Below, one piece after another: positions 37,586-54,640 of a DNA stretch of 64,000 nucleotides. The position numbers and the translations under genes were made by a program. The notes below the pieces were generated by a model. It was not told where the DNA came from and did not search any database. It worked only from the letters and a program-made list of their open reading frames with translations. The stretch lies in NCBI RefSeq assembly GCF_009914755.1, contig NC_060933.1; one strand, written 5' to 3'. The DNA comes from the human T2T-CHM13v2.0 reference genome, Homo sapiens. Position 1 is the first letter of the stretch, and every line of letters starts with the position of its first letter.

Positions 37586-37889
37586 CTATACTTGCTGAAC
37601 GTAAATGTACTTTAAAATGACACATGGTAAAAATCTGTGACGAGTCAGAGATGAAAAGAAGGCTTGAACCTCCAGAACAAAAATTTTTCTCTTCAAGTTC
37701 TGGGCTTATAGAAATAATAGCCACAAAACAACTCACAGGGGTTGGAGTACCACAGTGCAGATTTGGCTCTAATTCTTACAAATGATCAATGAGCAAGTCA
37801 TTGCTGTGAAATTTACATGAATCATGAAATAAAAAGAAAGTCCACCTTGGCCCCTGGAGGGCCCGTCGAGCACGGGGGTGGCTGCCTAC

Positions 37890-38052
37890 CTCGGATCTTG
37901 CTGGCAAGGTGCTCCTTGGAGGTGATAATTTGGTCCATGTCAGTTCGGATGACGGCCTGCATGGCCGGCTGCACCTGCTGCACCTTGGACAGCACCTCCT
38001 CGAAGCGCGCCTTGGCCTGCTCGTACACCATGTGGTACACGGCGTCCGAGAT
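37890..38052 (-). CDS. NIBAN2: NIBAN2 exon 8 (ISDAVYHMVYEQAKARF...EHLASKIR)
   Basis: ccacag| acceptor, G|gtaggc donor, 163 nt. Confidence 0.96.
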
Positions 38053-38144
38053 CTGTGGGCAGAGCAGCTGAATTGGCACCAGGGCTGAGGGCACCGCACC
38101 AGCTGCAGGTCCCGTCCCCGCTCCAGGGCCCCAGGCCCACCCAC

Positions 38145-38249
38145 CTGGATCCACTGCCGCTGCCGCTCCTGCGGTTTCCCCTTCAGCCGCGGGCCGAGCT
38201 CTGCCTTCAGCTCAGGGCCCAGCTCCTCCATCACCAGGTTGCTCAGGAT
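38145..38249 (-). CDS. NIBAN2: NIBAN2 exon 7 (ILSNLVMEELGPELKAELGPRLKGKPQERQRQWIQ)
   Basis: acctag| acceptor, CAG|gtgggt donor, 105 nt; followed by a 92-nt intron. Confidence 0.96.
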
Positions 38250-38858
38250 CTAGGTTGAGGAGGCACAAGCCAGGCCAGGGGCTGGAGAGCGCTCAGCTGG
38301 CCTGTTTCTCTCTGCATTCCCACAAGCCAGGCCGCTGCAGCCCCCACCTCCTCCGCGACTGGCCCATTGCTTCACCCTCCCTGCTGCCCTCTCTCCTGAG
38401 CTCCATTCCCACAGGTCCCAACTCATCTGCCTGGGTGTCCTGTAGGATCCTCAGACTCAAGGGCCAGCCCCAGGGCCTTTGCACAGGCTGCCTTCCCTAC
38501 CTAGAATACCATACTCCCTCCCTGCTTTGCCTGCACATGGAAGTGTACATTTATTTGCCAAATGTCTGTTTCTCCTGCTATACGGAGAGCTCCCTGAGGG
38601 CCAGGAATTTGTCCACATCATTCCCAGCTGCACCCCAGTGCCTCGTCCAGGGTAGGTGCTCAGATGCCCAGTAAGTGATGAATAAGACAGCGAGTATCTC
38701 CACGTGCACTGGCCCTCCACTTGTCCAAATCTAAGCATGTCATCTCCTTCCAAACCGGCAGCGCCCCAGAGCCCCATCTCTGTACCCCACCCCCTGCCCT
38801 CCCCTGCTGGGTCCTTGGGTGACTTCTGAGGTTTCCTCACCAGCCCGTCTGGCCTCAC

Positions 38859-38974
38859 CTGCACCTCGTTCCCACACAGCATCTCCCAGGTGCCGTACAG
38901 CTCCTTGGACTGTCGGTACATGCGGATGGCATCTGTGAACGCAGGGCCCTCTACCTTGGAGTCCTCAGGGATTC
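38859..38974 (-). CDS. NIBAN2: NIBAN2 exon 6 (IPEDSKVEGPAFTDAIRMYRQSKELYGTWEMLCGNEVQ)
   Basis: gggcag| acceptor, CAG|gtgagg donor, 116 nt. Confidence 0.96.
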
Positions 38975-39446
38975 CTGCCCAGGAGACGGAGGGAGAGAGG
39001 AGGTCAGCAGATGGCCCAGTGGCCTCTACCAAGACCAACTGAGAACTGACCAAAACCCCCCCCACACACATGGCATGCACCTCAGGAGGGGCAGCTGGGA
39101 CCCTCACTTTCCTCGTCATCAGAGCAGTCATGGTTGTATCTGATAGGCAAAAGCAGTAATGACCCCACCACCAACAGTGACAAGGCAGCCCCCTTGCCTC
39201 CTCCTTAGCTCCTGAAATCCTCCCAACCACCCCAAGACCTGGGCACTATCATTCACCTTATTGCTTTACAGATGATTACAGATGAAGAGACAACCGTTAG
39301 GGGACAGGCCACGGGCCCAGGGTCACAGAGCAGGGAGTGGCAAAGCCAGGACTAAAAGCTCCCGTCCCATAAGCAGCCACCCAGAATGGCCCTAGAGGCA
39401 CCCAGAGACCCTTGTTCGAGCCCCAGTTCCTCCCTTACTGCTAGAT

Positions 39447-39667
39447 CAGGGCCCTTCAAACTTTGCCTGGAACAGGCTAGGCAGCAGATATTCTCAGCCC
39501 GGCAGGCCATAAAACCCCTCCCGCAATGCTCGCCTCTACAGTCACAGCACAAAAACAGCCACGGACCATCCAGAAACAAATGAGCGTGCCTCTGCTCCAA
39601 TAAACTTTGTTGACAGAAACAGGCAATTGGCTGATCTGGGCCCATAGGCCATAGGTTTCAGAGCCTG
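39447..39667. mobile_element. MER58A-like hAT-Charlie DNA transposon
   Basis: CAGGG...CCTG termini; internal ccaataaacttt.tt.acagaaacagg. Confidence 0.75.
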
Positions 39668-39678
39668 GTTCTAGATCA

Positions 39679-40261
<583 letters not shown>

Positions 40262-41164
40262 CTAGAAGAACACCATTTCTGAATTTTTGTCACTGTTGGT
40301 GCTGTCAGTGGCCCAAACGCCAGCAAGGTAAACCCCTGAGTGAGGCGTGGACCTCCAGATTCAGTGCCCGGGAGGCAATTGGCAGGAAGTTACAAAATCT
40401 GACTTGGGGTAAGAAGGTGGTCAAACGCCACCGAGCCAGGCAGCAGGCAGACTCCCCTGGCCGCGTGCCTCTGACCACCGCATCCCCAAAGCCCAGGAAG
40501 GGGAAACGGAAGCCTGTGCATCAGAAACCTAAGGCTCCCACTGCCATGACTATGGGCTGAGTCACCACCGGCAGAGAAAAAGCCCCTCTCTGGGTCCCTC
40601 CTCTCCCCACACCCAGCTGACCACAGAAATCACTGCCTGTCGGAGCCGGGAGGGAGCTGAGCAGGGGGAGGCCCAGCCCTCATCCCTACAGCGCAGCTGC
40701 CTGGATGGGGACGGGGGCCTGTGGGAGTCTCACTCCTGCATTTCAGAGACCTGAAGTCAGGCAGGAGTGACAGGAGCAGGGCAGGGATGTTCCAGCTGGA
40801 GCAGCATGCAGAGCCCTGGGTGGGGGCTGCCCACCTGGGCCAGGGAAGGAAGTCCCCCCGCCACCCCACCCGCCTCTCAGAAGGGCATGGTTTCCTAGAA
40901 ACCAAGTTTTGACTGGAAAATCTGGACAGTGCGTTACCTGCAGGCACTCCCACGGGGAGAGGGAATTTTCATCCTGCATGCACCAAGTCAGGTGTGCAGG
41001 GCAGGCCTGCTTTCCAGGTGGCGAGAAGGTGAGGCAGAGGGCCGGGACAGCGGGAGGGAGGCCGGCCAGCCTTGACCCTTGGGATTCTCTCTTTCTGCAC
41101 ACCCAGCCGCTGAGTGTGACAAGTTTCAGGGTCACCCCTCCTGAGCTCTTCCCGTGAGCCTAGC

Positions 41165-42170
<1,006 letters not shown>

Positions 42171-43779
42171 CCCAGCCCTGGCTGAGGCTGCACACACATC
42201 AGCTCGTTGAATCCTCAGCTCACTGTGCCCTACTTTTCCCAGGGAAAGAACTGAGGCTCAGAGAGGCAGTTACTGCTCGAGGCTACTCAGCTAGTGGATG
42301 GCAGAGCGGGGCTTGAACCCAGGACCAGCTGACTCTAGCCAGACCTGGAGACCTTCCAAGAAAGGAAACTGCATTCCTCACTCCCAGGCAGCAGACAGAG
42401 GGGGACCACGGTCAGACAGGAAGAAGCCTTGACCTCTGCACCCCAGGCCAACACTGAGGACCCGGCACAGCCAGTGCCCCAGCTGCCTCCTGCCACCCCC
42501 AGCTGCTCCAGGAATGCAGGATGTGAAGGGGTCCCTGGGACCGCTGGTGTCCGCCCAGTTGGCCTCCTTCCCCCCACCCCCCACTTCCTGGCAGCCCCCG
42601 GAGTGAGCAATTCCAGGCTTCACAAATTCCAAGCCCAGCCTCCAAGACGGAGGAAGCAGAGAACTTTCTCACAGTCCGCAGGGTGGAAGGAAGGCCTGAA
42701 ACCAGCCTCGTCAGCTCCCGCCCTGGGGAGAAGGGGCCACCCGGCAGGACACCTTCCTGGCACAGGACACCCCTTCATTCCCTGGCCCAGCAGCTCTCCT
42801 GGGCCTCCCTCTGGTCCACTGCACCTTAGAACCAAGAACTCCCCCATGGCCTCCCCACTGAGTGCTCACTGTGCGTGCCAGGCCCACGGCCAAGTGCCCC
42901 ACCCAGACCAGCTCTTCCCAATCATCTCTCAAGCTCAAGTTTATCATCATCCCCACTGCACACATGGGGGACTGAGGTGGCCCTTCCCCACCTTGTTCTG
43001 TGCCCACCCCTTCCCTATCTGGCGCAGGTCACCCACCCTGCCAGGCCAGGTCAGCCGTTAGCCTTGGAAACCTGGAGAGATGGCACCAGGCCAGGGGCTG
43101 GGGAGGCGGGAGGGCCCTGGGCCAGGCAGCCAGAGCCTTGAGTGCCTCCACCCAGTCCCAGCCCACAGTCCCCGGGACCTGGGAACAGGAGGCCCTTTGT
43201 GGGCAGCTGGGCCCAGGTGGCAGGGGCTGGCCTGATTGAAGACCTGGTTCCTCCTGCTTGGCAGATTCCAGACAGGGCAGAGGTGGCTCTGGAGAGGCGA
43301 GCAGGAGGGGTGGGGTGAGCTGAGTCCCACGGCAGCAGCCCAGAGGCCATTGGCGCCCACTCCGTCCCCTGCAACCTTCCACCTCTGCACCATGTGGGAC
43401 TGCGCCCAAGGGTGGGGCGGGGGCAGGAGCTTCCCTCAGGCCAGATCACCTGGAAGCAGTTCAGTGTCCAGGACTGGGTTGTTCCTTCCCTAGGGGCAGA
43501 AAGACCCCCAGGGACCCACCCTCACCTTGGAAGACCATCCTCAGCCTTTCTGTTCAAATTCCTTAGAGGCCTTCAAGGCTTTTCCAGACCTGACCCCAGA
43601 GGCCCCCCTCCAGCCCCATTTCAGGTCACCCCCTCCCTGCTTCAGGGCCTCGTGCAGTTCCTCCTCCGGGCCTACCCCTACCACCTGTGGGTCTCCCTTC
43701 ATGCTGACTGCCTACCTCTGCCTGGAACACTCCTCCCCTCTCCTCTATGCAGGATATGAGGGGCCCTGGGACTTCTGGC

Positions 43780-44100
43780 ATCTCCTCCTTCAGGTCTGGG
43801 ACTTCTCCTTCAGGTCTCTGCTGAAGCTGAACCATAACCTCCTCAAGGGAGCCTGCCCTGATCGACCCCTCCCCCAACACACACACACCCTCAGGCTCCC
43901 AGGTTGGCTCCACCCAGCACCCAGCACAGCTGTGAGCCATCGTGCTGGCATCCTCATCTGTCTATCATCTGTCTCCCCTACCAGACTGCCAATTGTAGGA
44001 GGGCAGGGAATGTTTCTTGCTCCCTTGTTGCACACCCAGTGCCTAAATCTGGGCCTCCTCAGAGTAGACACTAAAAATGTTTGTTGAATAAATGAGTGAG
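43780..44100. mobile_element. L2 fragment
   Basis: L2 3'-end-like cccagtgccta...aaatgtttgttgaataaatgagtga. Confidence 0.6.
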
Positions 44101-44189
44101 CTGGAAGAGTCACCCCATAAGTTTACAGATGAGAGCAATGAGGCCCTGAGGGAGGCAGTGAAGTTTCCAAATCACCCTGCAGGTTGGTG

Positions 44190-44194
<5 letters not shown>

Positions 44195-44254
<60 letters not shown>
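44195..44254. repeat. A30 followed by (TA)15 microsatellite
   Basis: Read directly from the sequence. Confidence 0.95.
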
Positions 44255-44261
<7 letters not shown>

Positions 44262-44679
44262 AAAAAAAATCTTTACCAAGCATGAGGTAGACTCTAAATC
44301 CTCATAACCCCCCTAAGACACACAAGGCATTATCCCCACTTTACAGAGCCTCCAAGAGGTAAGTCAGTTCCCTAAGGTCACGTAGCTGGAAAATGGCAGA
44401 ATCAGGATTGTGACTTTGTGACTCAGGGTCCAAGGGCTCAACAACCACACCCCTCTGTGAATAATTTCCTACTTTTTTCCTGAGCAGCACAAAACTGTTT
44501 TCATCAAGAAAGAAGACTAAGGGTGGTATTACATGGTTTCTTATAACCCCAGAAGGGAAATTAGAACAGCCTGTAGAGCAGGGTTGCCACACCATAGTCA
44601 GCCACTAGGTGTCACCATTCAGCAATAACCCAGGTCCTGCCCCTCCCTCCCACCGACCCTGCACCCACAGGCCACTCAC

Positions 44680-44847
44680 CATTGTTGCAGTGCCGGATGC
44701 AGTCCTGCAGCACAGCCTGCCACTTGTCCTGCTCGGCTTCTGTCATCATGCAGAAGTAGTAGTGACGCGCATAAGGATGCCAGAGGATGAGCGGGAACTG
44801 TGTGGGGCACTTGAGGATGGGGGCACTGCCCGACTTTGCCGTGGTCC
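44680..44847 (-). CDS. NIBAN2: NIBAN2 exon 5, C-part of PH domain (TTAKSGSAPILKCPTQFPLILWHPYARHYYFCMMTEAEQDKWQAVLQDCIRHCNN)
   Basis: ccacag| acceptor, G|gtgagt donor, 168 nt; PH C-terminal helix Trp (DKW). Confidence 0.96.
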
Positions 44848-45564
44848 CTGTGGAGACAGTGCCTGATGAGCGGCTGCCCTCTGTGGTTGCCCTCCACCAG
44901 AGGATGTCAGAGAACTGATCCCTTGGCATCAGCTCTGAGGTCAGGCTCAGGCCCAGAGAAGGCCAGCCTGTCCCAAGGTGACCAGCAAGCCGGCGGGGGT
45001 GGGAGCAGCCTTCTTTCTGGCTGTGTTCTCCTCAGCCCAAAACCTGAGTCCAGCATCCGTGCAGACCCATTTCTTAGAGTGGGTAATAAGTCACATCCAC
45101 CCCACTCTTGGGTTAGGTTTTAAACTCTGTAAAGCACAAACAACACAAGATCAGAGCCCCCAGGTTCAAGGGTCAAGCACTACCTTCTTGGGTTTCCCTT
45201 CAGATTTCGGCTGTGGAGGCCAAAGTGTGGCTTAAGTGTCCACAGGGGGAGGGAGGCATGTGGGGAGGGACAAAATACAGCAAAAGGAATTTTTCCCTCC
45301 TTCAATTTCATTCTCAAGGATATGTAAGATCCAGCGAGATAACTGGTCCTGGGCTGTGACCCTGCCACTGTTGTTAATGATATGACAATAACAGTTCTTC
45401 TTTCTGCCCTGGCTCTGGGTTGGCCTGTGCCCCTCCAGGGTCCACACAACACCCCGAGGGCAGTCCTCTTAGTGCCTGTGCTTTGTAGACACTGAAGAGG
45501 CTGAGATTCAGGGGAGGGGGGGTGACTCGCCCAAGCAGACACAGTGAAACAAAGCCAGAGTCAC

Positions 45565-45621
45565 GCTGGAATCCAGGAATGCTGCTGGAATCCAGGAATG
45601 CCGCTCGAATCCAGGAATGCC
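45565..45621. repeat. Three copies of a 19-bp tandem unit gct(g/c)gaatccaggaatgc(t/c)
   Basis: Read directly from the sequence. Confidence 0.9.
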
Positions 45622-46058
45622 CAGGCCCTCCATCACCACAGAATGAAGGCATGACTCTACTCTCAAGTCCCTGGGGCATGACCTGCCCCCCAGGCAGGCA
45701 TGTCCCCTGCCCTCTAGTTCCCAGGGATCATCAGAGAGGCCAATGTTGTTCCCGTAAGGCTTCTAGGGAATTTCAGCCAAGGTGAAGCAAAAGCAGGATG
45801 CCAAGAAGAGTAACTCCTGACGAACACAGTGCTGACCCACAGGTTTACGAGGGAAGGTCACTGAACATCTTCCAGGAGGCTCTCAAGGACTTAGGGAGAT
45901 GCGAAAGGCAAACAATGAGGTCTCCATCCACAGCTCTAAGCCTAGTTGGTCTCTCCGCAAACATGGGGCTGAAAGCAATGGGCTCAGGGCCACCCCTCCC
46001 CTGGCCAGCTCCAGATGCCTGTGCAGGGCATTGTGGCCTGGGATGGGTGCTCCTTTAC

Positions 46059-46164
46059 CTGGTAAGGAGTTGCCAATGAGCTCCAGGTATTGGTCCACGG
46101 ACGTGAGGATTTTGTAGCCTGCACTGTTGATGACGGCTCGTGGTGGGACCTGCCGCTCATAGGC
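46059..46164 (-). CDS. NIBAN2: NIBAN2 exon 4 (AYERQVPPRAVINSAGYKILTSVDQYLELIGNSLP)
   Basis: cctcag| acceptor, G|gtaaag donor, 106 nt. Confidence 0.96.
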
Positions 46165-47064
46165 CTGAGGGAGGCAAGAGAGAGGGTCCCTGAGGGTTAA
46201 GGTGCGGCCAAGCCCAAATCCCACCTGGCTTCAAGGCCCTACTCAGTGTGGCCCAAAGTGGGGAGGAGAAGGGAAAGGAAGAAGAGGAGGCAAGAGAGGA
46301 ACAGAGGGGAGAATGTCACTATCATGGTGATTGGGGCAGTGTGGCATCCACAGCAACCTAGACCCCAGCTCTGGGCTCAATTCCTGGCTTCACTGGGTAG
46401 TGTCTGTGTGATGCTGAGGATAAAATTCCTTAAATGCCTAAACTTCAGCTTCTTCATCTATAAAACCAGGGAATCAAGAATATTCAGGATGGGGAAAACA
46501 TTTTAAAATAAAAACAAAACCAGGGTAATAACCATTCCTGCCTCACAGAGCCATGTGAGGACTGAGTGAGATAATCTGCAGTGCCTGGCACACCACAAGG
46601 ACTCAGCGAGCTTGGCCGAGGTTGTTGTTCTGTTTCTACTGCTGCTATTGCCTCTGTTCCCAGCAGCTCCACTAGTTAAGCATTTCTTACATACCAGGCC
46701 CTGTGCTAAGGGCATTGCATGCTTAATTTCACAGAATTTTCCCAATTCAAAAGGTGGATCACCCCCAACTTCACACAGTTGGGAAGTAGCAGATGTAGGA
46801 CATGAACCAGGGCTATCTATCTCCAGAGCCTGGGGTATTTGACCATTACCCTGAACTGCCCCCACCAATTTCCTAGGTTCTGAGCATCACACAAGCGTCC
46901 TCTGGAGAATTAGGTCTAGAAACTTACACCAGTAGCAGGGGGCAAAGCAGTTCTGATGGAATAGCTCATACAGCAGGGCTACCATGCTACTCCCTGCCAC
47001 TAGGTGTCACTATACAACACAGTTCCTGAAAGTAGCTCAGAACCTGTAGGGCACTGATTTGCAA

Positions 47065-47672
<608 letters not shown>

Positions 47673-48197
47673 TCAACCAGGTGGGGCTTCCCTGAGGGCT
47701 CAGGGAAAAGATAAGGCACAATGCTCCCATAGGATGTCCTTCTCGGACACCTACCCACCTGTAGGGCAGGGGCAAGCCACCGCAAGGAATGGCCAGATTG
47801 TGCCTCCAACAGCTCTCTGTGGCTGTCGAGGGTGGGAGGGGTCGGAGGAGAGGCAGGAAGCCCAGTGAGGAAGGAGGTGGCAGGAGGAATGCCCTGGAGC
47901 CAGCTGGAGGGACTGAAGAGAGATTAGGAGGGATGGGGAGGAGTGAGTGACAGTTGGTTATGAGGGACAGAAGGAGTCAGCGATATTCCCCAGAGATGAA
48001 GAATGAGCTGCCGTCCAGAGAGGGCACCCAGGGCAGCCCAGTTTGGGGGAGGGGAGGGGCTGAGGTGGTGCTCTGGCCCTGGTGACCGCGTGCAGGCTGT
48101 GACGGTGGCGTCTGGGGCCTAAGTTTCCGAGTTGGGGGAGGGGGCACACATGGAGAAAGCGGGGAGGCTCAGTGTGGCGCCCGGGGCCAGGCCTCAC

Positions 48198-48326
48198 CGC
48201 TTTGTTTTCGTAGAGCACCAGCCCGTAGTTGTGGGGCACGAGGCTGAAGCGGTTTCTCCACTTCTTGCTGTCCTCCTGGTGCTGGAAGAGGTTCCCCGAG
48301 AAGACGATGCGCTCGTCCAGTGGCAC
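48198..48326 (-). CDS. NIBAN2: NIBAN2 exon 3, N-part of PH domain (VPLDERIVFSGNLFQHQEDSKKWRNRFSLVPHNYGLVLYENKA)
   Basis: ccacag| acceptor, GCG|gtgagg donor, 129 nt; PH KKWxxR motif. Confidence 0.96.
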
Positions 48327-50361
48327 CTGTGGGCAGGAGGGGGTGGGGAGTGAGGCCCAGGTCTGGGGGGGTGGTGCTCCCCATGAAGCTGATGGCCCAG
48401 CCAGCAGAGCCTGTGTGCGCACCCCCTGCCTAGCATGTCCTCCATTTTGGGTCTCCCCAAGTCCTCCCAAGGCCTCTGAGGCCGGGCTGCATCTCATCCA
48501 TTCTGCAGAGGAGGAGCGAGACTCGGAGCCGTGGAGGGGCTCACCCAGCATCCAGGCAGGGTGGTGATGCCAGGACTTGAACCCAGGACAGGCACTGATG
48601 TAGGGCCTGGCCACAGCCAGGCTCTCCCTCTCCATCCCAGCCTTGGGCTGTCACCGCTACCTTGGAAGGGTCTGGGGAGATGGTTGCTCCCCACCCACCT
48701 ACAGCTACAGCACTGGTGCCCCGAGGTCGCTCCGGGCAGGGGGGACACACCCACAGGCCAGAACTGCGAGGGCCCCAGTGCCTGGGCAAGCCTCTCCCCA
48801 GCTCTAGGCTTCTGTTTCCCCTCAGGGCAATGATAACTTGAACAAGGTGGCTCCAGAGAGCCTGTCAGCTCTGATGGCTGATGAGACGCCTTCCTAAAAA
48901 GGAGTAGGGGGAATGGAGGGGGCCTCTGTCTGGGGGTGTTTGATGTCTGACCCGCGTCCTGGCAGGCTAGTGACCTACATGGGCTGCAGAAACGCCCGGA
49001 CCTTCCTACAAAGCCCTAGCTCTGCCTGACTCACAGTGTGTCTAGTCACTTTGAGCATCAGTTTCCTCATCTGTAAAATGGGAACAGTAAGAGTTGGCAC
49101 CTGACAGGCAGGTGCATAATGCACAGGACCGCCATGACCACTACGGTAGGACTCAGCGTCTGTGACGACCTCCAATCCTCAGGGACTGACTTATCTGGGG
49201 ATGGGGAAGGAGAAGGGAGATCTTTAAACTAGGGTTGGGGGCCCAAGCGAAGCTATGGCCAGGTGCAAGGCGTCCTGAGCAGACAAGCACCAGAAAGCTT
49301 CTGGAAGGAGATAGACCACAGTGGAAGAGGCTTCGTCTTGGATGGGAGGGAACCCAGGAGAGTACAGTGTTCCTCTGCAAATTCTATTTGTTCTACAATA
49401 AATAAGGTGCCTTTTGCAAAAAGAAACATTTCTCAGATGCACTCATGGAGAAAGGGTGATTGCCATCATGCCTGCACCTTCCTGGCTTCCTGGCTCTGCG
49501 CTGGCCCATCCCTGCAGTCCCGTCTCTCCACCCCCTTCACCATGTCCCCCTCTCCCCAGCTCCCTCCCTGCTGCTCTTCAAGGGGAAACACAAAACACTC
49601 CTGGAGAAGGAGAGCCCATTGTGCTCACACAATAGGACCTGCAGGCTTCTTCCTACCGGGTATAAAAATATTTACAGGAAAAGAAAATGGTTCCCCTACC
49701 ACCCCCACACACAGTGGGCTTTGCCCAAGTCACAGAGCTGCCCTCAGCCGTCTATGTATAAACTGCCCACACCCAGCTCAAATCCCTGTCTTTTCTAGAA
49801 AGAGCAGACAGAGCTCTCATAACACCCTAGCAAAAGGCCCCTAGTTTTCATCTTCATCCCTGCTTAGGGCAGGAGCCCCGGGACACAAGGACGGGCACTC
49901 CGGGACAGGGCCAGTCCCAGCCCAGCAGGAGGCTGTGCAGAAGCAGGCTTGTGGCCCAGGCAGGCTCAACAACCCCCACCACCCAGTCCGCCCCCAGATC
50001 CTGGGGAGCTCGAATGGGTGGCTGGCTGTGGGTTTGGGTTTTATTTTTAAGACTTTCAAATGGCAGAGTCGTGTTCAATTGGAAGGCCTGCAGGAAATGA
50101 AACAGAACTCGACAGCCCAGGCAAAATATTTTAGACTCTGCGAAGCTCTCCAATGCCTCGGTCAGAGACAGCACAGGCCCCAAGGTCAGATAACTGGAAC
50201 TCCTGTGTCGGCACCACCGACTGCCAGATCCTGGACAAGTAGCTCCACATCTCTGAGCCTCAATGTCTACATCTGTGATGCAGGCATCATCATAGCCCCT
50301 CCCTCAGAGTGGGGCCACGGGGCTGAGCAAACAGTACCGGCATAAGATAACTGCTGTTTTA

Positions 50362-50705
<344 letters not shown>

Positions 50706-51900
50706 TTATCATTATTATCACTATTTTTATTTGTATTCTATTATTGTTTCTAATAAAAACCACTATTGTTTTGATCACCACTGGTGATTAATATTATTTC
50801 CAGTATTATGATGTTATCATAACTTTGCATTGTGATGATCGGTTTCCTGAGTGGCCAAAATGAGACCAAAAATACTGCTTTTCAGGGACTGTGGGTGAGT
50901 GATCTCATTTCACTCTCCTTGCTTACATGTTGCTATTTTTCTACAAATAAATATGCACTCCTGCCTCCCCAGACTTAAATGAGGCCTCACGCAGAGGAAA
51001 TGCTTCACGCCCTCAGCCAGTGCCCACTTGTCTTGGATTATAGGGACTTGGGCTGCCCATGACATTTCTTTCCAGACAGGGGAGCCATTCTGGCCCCGCT
51101 CACCTGGGCTGCGTCCAAGGCCTCCTTTTCTTTCCTTTCCTACCACACAGATACGCACCTGCCAGACACCCAGGCCGGGCCACAGCAGGCCCCTCTGACG
51201 CTCTGCTGCCACAGGGTCAAGAGGTTACCATGACACTGGGGAAGAGGCAACCTTTTCTGGGTCAAAAAGCAAAGGTGATGCTCTGAGCAGCTCCGACACA
51301 CGGTCCTGACCTCCCTCCACCGGGCGGGTTGCAGTCACAGCAGAAAGGGCCCTGGGCTGGTCCAGCCTCCGCCATCCTGAATGAGCCACTTAAAGGCTCA
51401 GCCTTGGCCAGGTGCGGCAGCTGAGGCCTGTAATCCCAGCACTTTGGGAGGCCAAGGTGGGAGGATCTCTTGAGTCCCGCCCCCGGCCCCGTGTCCGAGT
51501 CAATCACAGGTTCCTCTTCCCAGAAGGCTTTGCCAGCCCCCTCTGGCCCACGCTGACCCTCAGGCTGGAGCCAGGCAGCTTCTAATCTCTCACTCAACAA
51601 ATATGTCCTTAGCAAACAGCATCCTACTATTTATATCATAGCAGATCATGATGGAGCCAGTGACAGTGCCTTCCCTGCTTCAGGCACAACCACCCTGTGA
51701 AGGAGGTGTTCTCATCCCATTTGACAGATGAGTAAACTGAGGCTCTTACTGGAGGAGCTTGCCTTGAATTGGAGACTATCCAGACTCTAGAGCCCCAGCT
51801 CTGATGGTGGAGGAGGTGAGCTAGGAGGAGTCACCCACGGTGACTGAAGGGGTCTCAACAACACGACCTGGGTTACCCACCTATTCAGAAGTGGGAAGGA

Positions 51901-52535
<635 letters not shown>

Positions 52536-52651
52536 TTAGAGGCCATCACAGTAACAATGGGAAACTGAGGCCCAGAAAAGTAAGGTCACTCCCCCGAGGC
52601 CACATGGCGAGAAGTAGCAGAACATACCCGAGCCCTCCCAGCACCTCTCAC

Positions 52652-52782
52652 CTTGCGCCAGAGCAGCTGGGCCTGCGGCAGCCCCGTGCCCTCAATCTCA
52701 TGGCGCATGCTGTTGAAGAGAGCCACGCCATACTGGTCTTCATAGAACTGGAGGAACTCCGTCAGGATCTTCCCGGTTTTTT
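52652..52782 (-). CDS. NIBAN2: NIBAN2 exon 2 (KTGKILTEFLQFYEDQYGVALFNSMRHEIEGTGLPQAQLLWRK)
   Basis: ttccag| acceptor, AAG|gtgaga donor, 131 nt; exon 1 not in window. Confidence 0.95.
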
Positions 52783-53329
52783 CTGGAAGAGAAGGACAAG
52801 CAGGAGCTTGAGGTCCTCAGGGATGCTGATGCATCACGATCCTTCCCCTAGGCAGGAGTGGCTGCAAAGCCCCAAATTCCTGCATGTGGAATTGTTTGCA
52901 CAGGCTCCTCGCGCTCATCTGCGCTGCATTTCTGGCCAGAGCCCCGCGTTTCCTGTGAAAACCAACTGCCTTGGAAAAGGTGAACCTCCAGATGGGAAAG
53001 CGGGTAATGGCCATAGACAGAGAATCAAACAAATGCAAACAGAACCAAGACTCCATTTCCTGTCGTCACACTGGTGGGGACATGCAAAAACAGGCCATGT
53101 CACTCAGAGCTGGGGGCGCCAGGAATGGGGACAGCCATTTCGGAGGGTGGGTGTCCTGTCCTTGGATGCTCCCACCTCTAGGAATCTACCCCCATAGAAC
53201 GATTCGCAGGACACAAAGGCGAATGTGCACTGAGGCCATAGCGGGGAGCAGCTGAATGTGATCTCTAGGGATGATCGGTATACATTGGTTCATTCACCCA
53301 GGTCAGTAAAAAGTAAAAAGATGGAGGGG

Positions 53330-54640
<1,311 letters not shown>

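Noticed and set aside
45565-45621. Short direct repeats as a CRISPR-like array
   Set aside because: Head-to-tail units without spacers in a eukaryotic intron; an ordinary tandem repeat.
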